Source: a virus
Strand: one strand, 5' to 3'
Virus record (IMG/VR): IMGVR_UViG_3300036832_000803
Coordinates: 5,727-69,726 of that record
DNA: 64,000 bases
Under the pieces are notes generated by a model. The model was not told the DNA's origin, made no database searches, and saw nothing but the letters and a program-made list of their open reading frames with translations. The stretch's first letter is position 1. Each line of letters opens with the position of its first letter. Below are positions 48,292 through 57,162 of this stretch, in pieces. A program made the translations under genes and the position numbers.

Positions 48292-49416
48292 ATGAACATC
48301 GTCATCTCGTCTGGTCACGGCTCGAAGGTCCGCGGCGCCAGCGGCTATCTCGACGAAGTCGACGAGGCCCGCAAGGTGGTCGAGGCCGTCGCCGATCTGC
48401 TGCGCAAGCAAGGCGTCGGCGTGAAGACATTCCACGACGACACTTCGGATACCCAGAGCGAAAATCTAGAGACCATCGTGGACTATCACAATGATCAGAG
48501 CCGCGATCTCGATGTCAGCGTACATTTCAACGCCTATGAGACCACGACGAAGCCGATGGGCTGTGAAGTGCTTTACGTCACGCAGGGAGAACTGGCCACG
48601 ACATTGTCGAAGGCCATTGCGGACGCCGGGAGCCTAACCAATCGAGGCGCGAAATATCGCGACGATCTGTATTTTCTTGGGAATACGGAAATGCCTGCGG
48701 TCCTGCTCGAATGTTGTTTCGTGGATAGCTCGGCCGACGCCGATCTGTACCGGCAGAAGTTCGACGGCATTTGCGCCGCGATTGCATCGGCGCTCTCAGG
48801 GCGTGACGTAAGCGTTCCTCCGTCGCAGCCCGAGCCCGAACCGCCGCCGCCCGATGCAGCGGACAATCGCGTGGACATTCTCGGCGCGGTCGAGGGCGAT
48901 GTCACCGTCATCATCAACGGGCAGCGAGTAACCGGCGGCGCGCGTTGTCTCAACCTCGTCAATCTGAAGATCAAAATGCAGGGCGAAGTCGTGGTCTCAA
49001 TCAACGGCCAAGACTTCCACAATGCGCCCACCATTCCCGCCAACCAGAGCAACATCATCGCGACCGTGTTCGGCGGCGCGAGCGACTACAACGTCAGCGC
49101 CTACGATGAAGACAAGGTGCTCAACGACACTGATCTTTATGTCGCGTTGCCAGATCGTTTCGAGGGCGAACGTCCACAGGTGCGGGTCTACAATTACGCG
49201 ACTGGCATCAGCGCGACGGCCGAAATCTGGGATGTCGGACCTTGGAATACCGACGATCCGTATTGGGCCACGGACACGCGCCCACAGGCAGAGAGCGGCA
49301 CGGACATGACCGGCCGCACCACCAACGGCGCGGGAATAGACCTATCGCCGGCACTGGCCGAGGCGCTCGGAGTCGACGGCATGGGCAAGGTGGACTGGCA
49401 GTTCATTTCATCTTGA
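48292..49416 (+). CDS. Endolysin: Amidase_3 plus C-terminal DPBB/RlpA-like domain
   Basis: ISSGHG..E..SVHFNA..PAVLLECCFVDS; DVGPWN..IDLSPALA..LG; AAGGA SD. Confidence 0.85.
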   Translation: MNIVISSGHGSKVRGASGYLDEVDEARKVVEAVADLLRKQGVGVKTFHDDTSDTQSENLETIVDYHNDQSRDLDVSVHFNAYETTTKPMGCEVLYVTQGELATTLSKAIADAGSLTNRGAKYRDDLYFLGNTEMPAVLLECCFVDSSADADLYRQKFDGICAAIASALSGRDVSVPPSQPEPEPPPPDAADNRVDILGAVEGDVTVIINGQRVTGGARCLNLVNLKIKMQGEVVVSINGQDFHNAPTIPANQSNIIATVFGGASDYNVSAYDEDKVLNDTDLYVALPDRFEGERPQVRVYNYATGISATAEIWDVGPWNTDDPYWATDTRPQAESGTDMTGRTTNGAGIDLSPALAEALGVDGMGKVDWQFISS

Positions 49417-49849
49417 TGGACTCGGACTGGTGGATCGCCATCGGCGTCGTCGTCTTGGTGGTGCTCGTCGTGGTGTTGTCGAACGGAGCCAACGAGTAGC
49501 GCAATGGTCAAGCAGCTTATCGGCAACGTGGTCGACAACCTGCGCAGTCAGCCGCTCGCGCTGGCGCTGGTCGTCGTGAACGTCGCGTTCCTGGTCGGCT
49601 TCGCCTTCATGTTCCACGAGATCGCCAACTCGGTCGAGCGCAAGGACGCGCTCGTCGTGTCGCTTCTCCAACAATGTGGGAAATAGCACCATGCAGAACA
49701 TCGGCCTGATCTTGTTGGTCTTCGCCTTCGTGATCGCATGCATCGCGACGCGGATTCAGAACGTCGGCCCCTGGCACCTGGGCTGGCTCGCGCTCGCGTT
49801 CTGGATCGCGAGCGAGGTCATCGGCGGCATCGCGCGCATCGCGCATTGA
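49416..49849 (+). other. Three small membrane proteins (49416-49499, 49504-49686, 49691-49849): holin/lysis accessory candidates
   Basis: Each has 1-2 hydrophobic segments; directly follow the endolysin. Confidence 0.6.
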
Positions 49850-49872
49850 TTTGAAAACCAAGGGAGGCAACC

Positions 49873-50223
49873 ATGACGCTTGAAGTTCTCAACGGCCCGA
49901 TCATCCAGGCAGGCGAGTCGCTGTCAGACGCGCTCGATTGCACCGGCGGCACCATCGTCCGCATCACCATGCCGGGACAATGGACGCCCGCCAATCTGAC
50001 GTTTCAAATTTCGTCGGACGGCGAATTGTTCAACGATCTCGTGGACCGGCAAGGCGACGACATCATGGTTGTAGTCGTGCCCGGATCGGCGTTGGTGGTC
50101 GCGCAGTTTGGCGATTTTCTCAAAGCCGTTGCGTTCCTCAAGGTGCGCTCGGGCACGCGTAGCAATCCCGTCGTGCAGCAAGAGCTACGCGAATTCGCCA
50201 TCGCCATCGAGCCGGCGGCGTAA
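49873..50223 (+). CDS. Hypothetical protein
   Basis: GGGAGG SD; I.AGESLS...MP..WT.ANLTFQ.S.DG...LKVRSG. Confidence 0.65.
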   Translation: MTLEVLNGPIIQAGESLSDALDCTGGTIVRITMPGQWTPANLTFQISSDGELFNDLVDRQGDDIMVVVVPGSALVVAQFGDFLKAVAFLKVRSGTRSNPVVQQELREFAIAIEPAA

Positions 50224-50341
50224 GCCGTTTGCGACGAATAGATCAGATACCGATTCCGGTTCTCCTGCTCGCCACCTTCGCCCTGATTGCGTTGGCGGTC
50301 GCGATCCTGCATCCGTGGTCCAACGTCGGGGTCAACCCCTG

Positions 50342-50635
50342 ATGGACTATCATCTCAAGCCACCGAAGACCGTGCGCGCTCGCAACGCCGACGCCTACGC
50401 GCTCGGCCGGCAGGAGCGCGGCGGCTTCCGGGTGCGGCGGGTGGTGTGGGGCCGACTGATGGCGCGGGCCGAGCGGCGCGCGCAGCGAGGAAATCAGGCG
50501 CGCATGCATCCTGATCGAGTCCGGCAAGCGCTCGCACAAACAAGTAACTACCTGAATATCTGCCACCGAATCACTTCAGCCCCTACCTGCTCGCGCGTCT
50601 TGGCTCCGAGCTTGCGCATCGTGCTGGCAGTGTAA
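50342..50635 (+). pseudogene. Frameshifted copy of the 11852..12103 gene
   Basis: Identity to the paralogue continues (EEIRRACIL.E) in a shifted frame after one extra base near 50480. Confidence 0.5.
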
Positions 50636-50919
50636 GTCCCGACGACGCGCTCCTTGATGCCAAGATTGCGTGCGATCAGCGTATCGCTGTGCCCTTGCAA
50701 TTGGCACCACAGTATCTTGAGTGCCCGCGAACTTAGGTCCGGCTGTACCGCCTTGGCGCGCGTGGAAGCATCGCGCGGCAACGGCGGCCACGCCCCGTTT
50801 AATCGCGCGGTAAGTCGGTTGATGGCCTCGGACATGCGGCGCATCTCGGCGCGCAGCTTCACGATCTGGTCGCGCTTCTGCGGTTTTGATTTCTTGCGCC
50901 GGCGAGTTGCGCGGGCCAT
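50548..50919 (-). CDS. LuxR-type HTH protein
   Basis: LS.R..KIL....QG.S...IARNLGI.ER.V..Y....MRKLGAKTR. Confidence 0.7.
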   Translation of the reverse strand: MARATRRRKKSKPQKRDQIVKLRAEMRRMSEAINRLTARLNGAWPPLPRDASTRAKAVQPDLSSRALKILWCQLQGHSDTLIARNLGIKERVVGTYTASTMRKLGAKTREQVGAEVIRWQIFR

Positions 50920-50927
50920 TGCCGCGT

Positions 50928-51394
50928 TCAGCCGAAATACTTGATGGTGGCCAGCGCCACGCCGCCGGCCACAAGCATGACGGCGAAGCGGATCGTGAGA
51001 ACGCGCACGGCCCAATCGATCTTGGTTTCGAGCGTGCGGAAGGCGTCAGAGATGTCGGGCTTGGTAATCCCTGCAACAGCTTCACGCGCAAGCTTCTCGC
51101 GGACATTGATCATCGCGCGCGCTATCCGAAATATTTGATGGTGGCGAGTATCCCGATGATCGCCGCGGCCATGGCGCCGCTGCGGATTGTCATATCACGG
51201 ACAGCGAGATCGATCTTGGCATCGACCCTAGCTATATCGCTCTTGAGTGCTGCGATGTCGCTCTTGGTCGCCACCGCCTCGCGCAGCGCAGAGTCGATCG
51301 CATCGGCGTGGGCGCGGGCCTGATCCTCGCCGATGCCGGCGCCTTTCAGTTTGTCGATGTAGCGCAGTCGATCGAATAGAATTTGCTCGTTCAT
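50928..51394 (-). CDS. Tandem DUF1640/CCDC90-like coiled-coil + TM paralogues (50928-51113, 51122-51394)
   Basis: FD.L.Y..KL..AG....QA.A...ATKSD; both end KID.AVR..TIR...LATIKYFG. Confidence 0.65.
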
Positions 51395-51614
51395 GGGGAC
51401 CGCTCCGAACCTTCGTCAAGAGTTGGCTGACCTTGCGAGCGCAGCCGTACCTCGACGGTCAGGCCGTCAATCGCGCCCTCCAGCCGGATCGCGAGGCCCC
51501 TGATGTCCTTACGCAGCGAGCCCAACTCGGTCAGAATGCGCTCGTTCTGGCACGTCAGGAAATTGAAATCAGGTTCGGTCATGTGACGGTTTTATCCTGA
51601 AGTCGGCCGGAACG

Positions 51615-52037
51615 CTAGCGCCCTGTTGGCTGGCCTTGCGACGAGGCGCGGCCCATGACGTTGCCGCGCGCGTCATAGAGCGTCGTCGTGCCGCCAGTCG
51701 TCGTCGTCGTGCCGATGGTGCGCCCCTGGGCGTCGCGGAACGTCGTGGTGCTGCCAGAGCTATCGGTTGTGGCCGTGCCGACGCTGCGCCCGTCCGGCCC
51801 ATAGAGCCGCGTCTGTTCGCCGGTCATCGCGGTGCCGGCCGCGAATAAGACGGCGCCGATCGCCATCCCTGCCAAGACGGCGAGCCACGGCGCGCGCGTC
51901 TTAGGACGCCGGTCGTCGTCGTCGTGCCTGACCGTTACGTGGACCCGGTTCATCGCCCGGGCCAGAATGACACTCACGAGCACTGCTAACACGCAGAGGC
52001 TCAATATGACCAACCAACCAAGCAATTCCGATTTCAT
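51615..52037 (-). CDS. Membrane-anchored protein with three T.(Y/F).A.G..(V/I)G repeats
   Basis: Two hydrophobic segments; TRLYGPDGRSVGT / TTFRDAQGRTIGT / TTLYDARGNVMGR. Confidence 0.55.
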   Translation of the reverse strand: MKSELLGWLVILSLCVLAVLVSVILARAMNRVHVTVRHDDDDRRPKTRAPWLAVLAGMAIGAVLFAAGTAMTGEQTRLYGPDGRSVGTATTDSSGSTTTFRDAQGRTIGTTTTTGGTTTLYDARGNVMGRASSQGQPTGR

Positions 52038-52209
52038 TTTCCTAGCTCCGTTTGTGGAACGCGCGCGGCGAAATCTGCCGCGTCGATCATTTGGATCACC
52101 GGCTCACTGTGCCCGCATTTGCAGGCGCGACCGTTCCAGGAATCGGCGCCGCCTTTGCGCCAGCCGCATCGCATGCAGTACGGATGCAACGATCGCGTAT
52201 TCTCGTGGT

Positions 52210-53196
52210 TCATTGGAGCGCTCCCTTTGCGAGTTGCACGGCGGCGGCGTGGCCGGCTTCGGCTTCGTCATAGGTCGCATAGCGCCATTGTGTGAGATCG
52301 CGCACGCCGCCGAAGATCATGGTTTCAAACAACATGGGGCGCCCTGAATGCACGGCGAAGCCGATGAAAATGGTCGACACGCACGCGTCGCCTACATCGG
52401 TTTGCCAAAGCCGGTCTGACAGCGAGCCGCGCTCGCCGACAACCTTGATCCATTCAGAAAATTCGACGCGCACCGGCACGCGATCTTTGAGAATGTAGTG
52501 GGCGCCGAGCGCGTTAAATTGGTCGCGCAATGTTTCATCGATCATCGTGCTGCACTCCGCAGTAATTCGGCGAGCGTGCGCTTGGCGCGGTCGAGTTGGT
52601 CGCGGGTGACGCCGAGCACGTTGCGGTTCGGATCGTCGGCTTGCGCTGCAAGCCGCGCTACTTCGGCGATCATGTCGGCGACCGCGTCGTAAAGATCAGG
52701 ACTCTGGTTCATCGGCGGTGCCTTATGATGCTGCCGTGCTGGATGATGTAGGACTCGGGCGCGAACGCGATGGCGACCGTCGGGATCGGCGGCTTGGCGT
52801 TGCGCCCGTCGTCGACCGTGGTCGCCGTCATGTGGGCGCTTACGATCTTGATCGCGTTTTCTTCGGTCGCCGGATAGATCGCGGCGCAGACCTCGCCGTC
52901 GCACAGTACCTCGACGATTTCCTTGTCGTGGAACGCGGTCGCCAGTCGAAACGTGATCGTCATGTCGGCGCCCTCTCGATCTCGATCGGTTCGTTGTTGG
53001 GCAGGCAGCGATAAACCCCGGCGTCGTCGAGCAGCAGCGGCATCGTGCCGATGCAGCCGGCGATCATGGCCTCGGTCGCGAACACGTCCCACTCGATGAA
53101 CAGCGAGCGCTCGTTCTCCGACGCGATCATGATCCGGCCCGGTACTTCCTTGCCGCGCCACCTGATGATGATGGAGTCGCCGGTGCACAGCGTCAT
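52210..53196 (-). other. Four coupled small genes (52210-52545, 52542-52712, 52709-52963, 52960-53196)
   Basis: ATGA overlaps; VST.F.G..P.LFETMIFGG..RY.T..EA.AGH phage motif in the first. Confidence 0.6.
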
Positions 53197-54092
53197 GTTC
53201 CGGTTCTCCGATACGGAAGCACGATGCGGCCTTGCGCGGCGATCTGGCGTAGCTCGCGCTCCATATGGCCGCACGTTTTGGCGATGGCGTTGAGTCGATC
53301 GGCCATCGTGCCGGCGCGATCAAGGCTGACGCGCGCGGCCACGACGCATTCGCCGTTGCGCCAGCCGGCGCCGAGAAGCTTCGACGCCTCTTCGATCCGC
53401 GCCTCCATCGCGGTGAGCCTGCGCGCCTCTTCGCGCGACGGCTTGGGCGCGGCATCGCCGAAGATGTCGGCTTGGGTCGCGCCTTCGATGATGGCGTCGA
53501 CCGCGTTGCGCACCGCCTTCCAGCCTTGCAACTGCCCGCGGCTGATCAGGCGCAGAATGCGATGCTGTGCCCGGTGATCGGTCAGGCGGGAAATTTCCAT
53601 CGCCTGTTGCCGGTCGATCTGGTCGGCCTCGAATAGCCGCAAGATCGGCGGCGCCAGATTGAGCAGCTGGAGCCGCCAGCGCACCCGGAAGACGGCACAG
53701 CCGACTTGCTTGGCGATTTGCTCGGGCTCCAACCCGCGTTTTGCCAGTCGCGCAAAGCCCCTCGCCTCTTCGATCGGCGAGATGTCCTGGCGCTGAAGGT
53801 TCTCGACGATCGCGGCAATGTCGCGGGCGAGATCGTCCAGGCGAACGACGGTCGCCTTGATGGTCGAGAAGCCCTTGATGCCGCGGTCGGCCAACAGCTT
53901 GTGCGCGCGCCAGCGGCATTCGCCGGCGACGATCTCGAAGCGGCCGCGACGGTGCGGGCGCACGGTGATCGCTTGCAGGAGCCCTTGCGCGCGGATGGAT
54001 GCGGCCAAGCCTTCGATATGCGCCGCGTCGAACGTCTTGCGCGGCTGATCCGGATTCGGATCGATCTTGGCGAGGGCGATGTTGCGCGTCAC
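53193..54092 (-). CDS. ParB/Spo0J-family protein
   Basis: I.PNPDQPRKTFD, GLLQAITVR, IVAGECRWRA, ENLQRQDISPIEEA, HTH. Confidence 0.9.
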   Translation of the reverse strand: MTRNIALAKIDPNPDQPRKTFDAAHIEGLAASIRAQGLLQAITVRPHRRGRFEIVAGECRWRAHKLLADRGIKGFSTIKATVVRLDDLARDIAAIVENLQRQDISPIEEARGFARLAKRGLEPEQIAKQVGCAVFRVRWRLQLLNLAPPILRLFEADQIDRQQAMEISRLTDHRAQHRILRLISRGQLQGWKAVRNAVDAIIEGATQADIFGDAAPKPSREEARRLTAMEARIEEASKLLGAGWRNGECVVAARVSLDRAGTMADRLNAIAKTCGHMERELRQIAAQGRIVLPYRRTGT

Positions 54093-54130
54093 AGGTGACT
54101 CCGTTTGGTTGTTCGCCGTTTGCAGCGGCG

Positions 54131-54652
54131 TTAGTGGCGCGTCCCGCGGGCCGGAAGGAAGCCGACCATGCGGCCGTGGGATTGGAACGTGCCGCCGCGC
54201 GGGACGTGCGGAAGGTCGGTCAGCATTTCGAGCGGCGCGAGGTACGGGCGCCGATGGCGCGGCCGAATGATGCGGCGATGCGCGGCCAGCATTCCCGCAT
54301 CCAGGTCTTCGCCCAGGATCGAAACGACTTCGACCCGATCCGGGTGCGCGGCGACGCCGTGTTGTTCGATAAAGGCAATCTCGTCGTCGGAGATCAAGCG
54401 CGCAAGCGTCCAGGATTCAAAGACGAATATATAGCGCACGACATCGCGAAGCTCGAAGTAGGCGCGGACCATCGCGACGGCCATGTCTTTGTTTGGGTGC
54501 GGCGGCTCCAATTCGAAATATTCGCTGGTCGCCGTGACGCCGTGCCACGTCGGGGAGACCACGCCGGTTTTGTTGAATAAGCGTTCGCTCCCGGTGGAAG
54601 CAAACGCGATCATGTCGCGCAAATCTTTTTCGCTCATGTCGGCCTCGGCCAT
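54131..54652 (-). CDS. Hypothetical protein
   Basis: F..ESW...HPDRVEVV...ED motif; stop abuts the repeat. Confidence 0.65.
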   Translation of the reverse strand: MAEADMSEKDLRDMIAFASTGSERLFNKTGVVSPTWHGVTATSEYFELEPPHPNKDMAVAMVRAYFELRDVVRYIFVFESWTLARLISDDEIAFIEQHGVAAHPDRVEVVSILGEDLDAGMLAAHRRIIRPRHRRPYLAPLEMLTDLPHVPRGGTFQSHGRMVGFLPARGTRH

Positions 54653-55266
54653 TTTTTCGAGCGATTGAATTGCAGCGGCTCGCCGTCGCGGCCCTGCTCA
54701 TAGGCGCTCTCGATCACCCCGGCGATCAGGCCCGCCAGATAGATGCGCGCCGTATGGCTGATGGCGCCGGGCTTGAGCAAGTCCATGATCGCGAACGCCG
54801 CGACCTGGGCCGGTCGGGCGTCTGGCGCGCGCGGATCATGCAGGCTCGGATAGGTGTGTTCTGGTTCCGGGTCGGGCGCTTTGCCTTGCGCGAAGGTGGC
54901 GCCCATGCTGGCGAAGCCGGCCTGATAGATACGGCCAAGCTCGGCCATGCCCTTGGCATGCTCGCGCAAGCCGGGTTCGGCCGCGCCCTTGGCGATGAAA
55001 TCGAAAGCATCGGCCTGCGAGCGCATCACCGCCAGCATGCCGGGATGCGCGTTGACGAAATAGAGCGCAATGTCGCGATCTTCCTCGCGCTGGAAATTGG
55101 CGATCAACATTCCAACGTCGTCAGCCCTTGCAATGCCGTAATCCCCGAGCGACCCAGGCGCCTTTTGCCACGGCGTCGACGAATGCTGGCCGCCAGTCGG
55201 GTTGGCGGTATCAATCAAATGCCGGATGTAGGCGGCTTCGGCTTCGATCTGTTCACGCGTGACCAT
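54634..55266 (-). CDS. Hypothetical protein (long paralogue of 10308..10571)
   Basis: Shared MVTR start and C-terminal ~70 aa. Confidence 0.65.
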   Translation of the reverse strand: MVTREQIEAEAAYIRHLIDTANPTGGQHSSTPWQKAPGSLGDYGIARADDVGMLIANFQREEDRDIALYFVNAHPGMLAVMRSQADAFDFIAKGAAEPGLREHAKGMAELGRIYQAGFASMGATFAQGKAPDPEPEHTYPSLHDPRAPDARPAQVAAFAIMDLLKPGAISHTARIYLAGLIAGVIESAYEQGRDGEPLQFNRSKKWPRPT

Positions 55267-55280
55267 GTCCGTTTCGCCTT

Positions 55281-56087
55281 TCAATGGTGCTGCGGGACGC
55301 GCAGCGGGTTGGGATAGCCGGCGGGCAGGTAGGATTGCAGATCGCGCTTGATGTAGTGGCGCGCGTCGAGCCAATTGAGCACGGCGACCATGCGGTGCGT
55401 GTAGTCGCACCAATCGGTCGTCTTCGTCATTGGCAGATAGTTGACGCGGCCGACCTTGTAGAGATCGACGAATTCGTGCGTCGCCTTGACGATCGCAATC
55501 GACGCGTCAACGTCCAGCGTCGGTTCAAGCGAAACCCAAGTGAAGATGCCGCGATCGTGGAACGCCTTGATGGCCGCGATCCGATCGGCCGGGAGCGCGG
55601 CGTTGCGTTCCCATTTTTTCGAAAAGCGTTCGTCGAGCGACGTGAGCGTGGAAGCGAAGGCGTCGCGATCCGCGCGGAATAGATCGATGTCGCGGAGCGC
55701 GCGCGTGCCGCCCTTGGTGAGCGTGCAGATGCCGAGCCCGGCGCCGATCAGTGTTTCGAGCGTCGCCCGCGTCAGGCTGTTGTCGCCCGGATGGTACGGG
55801 TCGGTCGTGAACGAAAGCATGACCTGGGCGCGCACGCCCGCGGCCTTGTACTTGGCGGCGTCGGAGCGCAGTACGTCGAGATAGTCACGGCGCGGGACAG
55901 CGCCCGCGTCGAATTCCGCGCGGGGCTGATGCGTGACCAGCGGCACGTAGCAATAGGCGCAGCCGTGGCCGCAGCCGCGATAGGGATTGGTCGCGAGCGG
56001 CGAGTATTCGCCGGCCTGCCCTTTCGGGGCGTAGATGATGCGGCAACCCCGAACGGAGACGCCGTCGTCATTTAGTGTCGGTTTCAT
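55281..56087 (-). CDS. Radical SAM protein (spore photoproduct lyase-like clade)
   Basis: NPYRGCGHGCAYCY (CxxxCxxC), SFTTDPY, LTKG, WVSLEP. Confidence 0.85.
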   Translation of the reverse strand: MKPTLNDDGVSVRGCRIIYAPKGQAGEYSPLATNPYRGCGHGCAYCYVPLVTHQPRAEFDAGAVPRRDYLDVLRSDAAKYKAAGVRAQVMLSFTTDPYHPGDNSLTRATLETLIGAGLGICTLTKGGTRALRDIDLFRADRDAFASTLTSLDERFSKKWERNAALPADRIAAIKAFHDRGIFTWVSLEPTLDVDASIAIVKATHEFVDLYKVGRVNYLPMTKTTDWCDYTHRMVAVLNWLDARHYIKRDLQSYLPAGYPNPLRVPQHH

Positions 56088-56290
56088 GCGATCCTCTTCG
56101 ATGCGCGCGGGCGGTCGACCAGCAGCGTGATCGCAACGCGGGTCTGTCGCTTTATCGGCTGCTCGCCTTGCTCCCAGCGGATGACGGTGCGTTTCGATAC
56201 GCCGAGTCGCGCGCCGAATTCGGTCTGCGTAAGGCCGAGACGTTCACGCGACTGGCGGACGAATTCGGCGTCGGTTGGGTGCGGTGTCAT
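56084..56290 (-). CDS. Small XRE HTH regulator
   Basis: RERLGLTQTEFGARLGVSKRTVIRWEQGE; GGAG SD. Confidence 0.85.
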   Translation of the reverse strand: MTPHPTDAEFVRQSRERLGLTQTEFGARLGVSKRTVIRWEQGEQPIKRQTRVAITLLVDRPRASKRIA

Positions 56291-56319
56291 GGGGTCTCCG
56301 GTTCATATTGGTCCCTAGC

Positions 56320-56351
56320 GTTTATATGTGCCAAACTGTCACCTGCGTCAA
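56320..56351 (-). promoter_or_regulatory. Promoter with GTG(A/C)CA-GTT-TGGCAC operator
   Basis: TTGACG -35; operator 56328-56342; ATATAAA downstream. Confidence 0.65.
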
Positions 56352-56360
56352 TGTGTTTTG

Positions 56361-56408
56361 GTCGGCAAAGTGTTGGGCCAGCTTTCGCAAGTCGGCAAAG
56401 TGTTGGGC
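56361..56408. repeat. 18-bp direct repeat with 30-bp period
   Basis: GTCGGCAAAGTGTTGGGC at 56361-78 and 56391-408. Confidence 0.85.
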
Positions 56409-56597
56409 AGACTTTCCCTTGACCCGACTCGATGCGGGCGCCATATCGATTTGCGCCCGCCGCATTCTCCCGCCCAGGCGATGCTGTGGCGTCCGGGTCT
56501 TGCAACGGCTCGGTTTTTGTTTCGATCGCTGGGGAGTTTGTTTCCGTTTGTTTGGCTCCCCCCTGGGGCCGGCTTTGCAGGCGCGGTCCCGTCGAAC

Positions 56598-56636
56598 AAA
56601 AAAAAGCCCCCGGCATCTCTCGCGGATGTCGGGGGC
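56598..56636 (-). terminator. Rho-independent terminator
   Basis: GCCCCCGACATC-loop-GATGCCGGGGGC followed by T8 on the minus strand. Confidence 0.85.
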
Positions 56637-56650
56637 GGTTGTTTCCAGAT

Positions 56651-57115
56651 TCAGTGCGTCAATCCCTTCGCCGGTTCCGGCCGGGCGATGTTCCAGCCGG
56701 GCGACTCATCGTAGCCGGGCAGGCGCATGATCGCGCGCTTGCGGATGGCATCGATGATCGTGCAGGCGATCGATGATTTGTAATCGTCCGTTTCGCACGC
56801 CTGATAGTCGAAGCATTCGCAAGCCTTCAGGATCACGAGCGGCGACGGCGTTCGCGCGAACGGCCGGAACGTGTAGCCCGCGGCGTCGTCGCCGATCGAG
56901 CCGGGCAGATCGCCCAGCGCGTCGTCGGGATAGCGGTGGCGAACGCTGCGCTCGTTTTCGGTGAGCAGGATGCGACCGATCTCGGTCGCGTTGGTGCTGA
57001 CGATCTCGATCAGCGTTTCGTTAGCCGTGTAGACGACGCCGCGGCCGTAGCTCTTGCACAAGGCGAACGTAAGCAAGGCGTCGATATGATCGTGATCGAC
57101 GATGTAGGCAGACAT
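56651..57115 (-). CDS. Conserved hypothetical protein of mobile elements
   Basis: MSAYIV...HID.L, N..SV..RY, LKA..C.DYQ.CE...Y..S.A. Confidence 0.7.
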   Translation of the reverse strand: MSAYIVDHDHIDALLTFALCKSYGRGVVYTANETLIEIVSTNATEIGRILLTENERSVRHRYPDDALGDLPGSIGDDAAGYTFRPFARTPSPLVILKACECFDYQACETDDYKSSIACTIIDAIRKRAIMRLPGYDESPGWNIARPEPAKGLTH

Positions 57116-57162
57116 TGGTGACTCTCCGTTTGGTTTGACGCCGTTTGCAGCGGCGGTCGGGT

